Below the pieces are notes generated by a model that was given only the letters and a program-made list of their open reading frames with translations, was not told the origin of the DNA and did no database searches. A stretch of DNA of 63,324 nucleotides, counting the filler, from Octopus bimaculoides (lineage: Eukaryota): the NCBI RefSeq assembly GCF_001194135.2. It is 8 parts of 8 records of this genome, joined end to end, with 100 filler letters (N's around TTAATTAATTAA, not from the genome) between each part and the next. Parts side by side here need not be neighbours in the genome. Positions count along the whole stretch, not along the records: positions 61,170 to 63,324 come from NW_026314159.1; 7 more parts are not named here. One strand, given 5' to 3'. The position numbers were made by a program, and so were the translations under genes. Of the stretch, positions 61,570 through 63,324 are shown in pieces. Position 1 is the stretch's first letter. The number at the start of each line of letters is the position of its first letter.

Positions 61570-62583
61570 ATGGTAAAACGATATCAGTGTGACATCTGTG
61601 GTAACTCATTTTCAAAAACTGATGGACTCACTCATCATAAACGTACTCATACAGGAGAAAAACCATATCAGTGTGATATCTGTGCTAAATCATTCTCTAG
61701 AAATTATGTTCTCAATAGGCATAAACGTACTCACACAAGAGAAAAACCATATCAGTGTGACATATGTGGTACATCTTTCGCTAGAAATGATGGTCTTACT
61801 ACTCATAAACATATTCACACAGGAGAGAAGCCATATCACTGCGATATATGTGTTAAATCATTTACTCAATCTGATCACTTAGCTAAGCACAGACGTATTC
61901 ATACAAGAGAAAAACCATATCACTGTGACATCTGTGGTAAATCATTCTCTAGAAAATATAATCTCACTTGTCATAAACGTCTTCATACAGGAGAGAAGCC
62001 ATATCAGTGTGATATTTGTGGTAAATCATACTCTGTGTCTGGCCACTTAACTGATCACAAACGTACTCATACAGGAGAAAAACGATGTTACTGTGATATC
62101 TGTGGTAAATCATTCTCAAGAAATGTTCTTCTCACTAGACATAAACGTACTCATACAGGAGAAAAACCATATCACTGTGATATCTGTGGTAAATCATTTA
62201 CTCAGTCTAGTAACTTAACTAATCACACACGTACTCATACAGGAGAAAAACCATATCACTGTGATATCTGTGCTAAATCATTTTCTCAGTCTAGTGACTT
62301 AACTAAGCACACACGTACTCATACAGGAGAAAAACCATATCATTGTGATATCTGTGCTAAATCATTTTCTCAGTCTAGTGAATTAACCAAGCACACACGT
62401 ACTCATACAGGAGAAAAACCATATCACTGTAATATCTGTGGTAAATCATTCTCTGAATCTGGTAACTTAACTGATCACAAACGTACTCATACGGGAGAAA
62501 AACCGTATGCGTGTGGTATTTGTGGTAAATCATTCTCTAGAAATAATGTTCTCACTAATCATAAACGTATTCATACAGGATAG
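61570..62583 (+). CDS. C2H2 zinc-finger protein with 12 tandem fingers (337 aa)
   Basis: Twelve CxxC-x12-HxxxH units with TGEKP/TREKP linkers at exact 84-nt periodicity. Confidence 0.85.
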   Translation: MVKRYQCDICGNSFSKTDGLTHHKRTHTGEKPYQCDICAKSFSRNYVLNRHKRTHTREKPYQCDICGTSFARNDGLTTHKHIHTGEKPYHCDICVKSFTQSDHLAKHRRIHTREKPYHCDICGKSFSRKYNLTCHKRLHTGEKPYQCDICGKSYSVSGHLTDHKRTHTGEKRCYCDICGKSFSRNVLLTRHKRTHTGEKPYHCDICGKSFTQSSNLTNHTRTHTGEKPYHCDICAKSFSQSSDLTKHTRTHTGEKPYHCDICAKSFSQSSELTKHTRTHTGEKPYHCNICGKSFSESGNLTDHKRTHTGEKPYACGICGKSFSRNNVLTNHKRIHTG

Positions 62584-63190
<607 letters not shown>

Positions 63191-63324
63191 AGTGAGTTAG
63201 GGTTACATTTAGCTATTCACTTAGAAGTGTTACTCTATTATTGTTCCTCACACAATGGTAAACTTCGCATGACAATTTTTTTTCACTTGTGTAATATATA
63301 CCCTCGACTTCACCTAATTATTGA

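Overview
This is gappy eukaryotic DNA, almost certainly from an octopus (inference from the very high microsatellite density, the recurrent tRNA-derived SINE families and the [11 protein letters not shown]-type C2H2 fingers). Most of the window is non-coding: SINEs, microsatellites and decayed transposons (RLE-type R4/Dong-like LINEs, RTE, Penelope-like elements [PLE], Tc1, mariner, maT, pogo, Gypsy gag, MITEs). Only two host genes are well supported. (1) A multicopper oxidase (laccase-like) gene on the minus strand, 52866-55523, whose coding region has no introns. All copper ligands are intact, and it carries an extra in-frame copy of cupredoxin domain 2 (about 74% aa identity, no indels) followed by a hydrophobic C-terminal anchor. 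(2) A 12-finger C2H2 zinc-finger ORF, 61570-62583, which is the intact core of an ancestral array of about 23 fingers that has decayed at both ends. The most notable non-coding features are PLE-associated minimal hammerhead ribozyme motifs: an inverted pair at 56.8/57.5 kb (one with an intact core) and a variant-core motif (CUGUAGA) at 49.2 kb. Seven N-TTAATTAATTAA-N spacers are assembly joins, so adjacency across them is unreliable. All TE boundaries are approximate and were read by eye.
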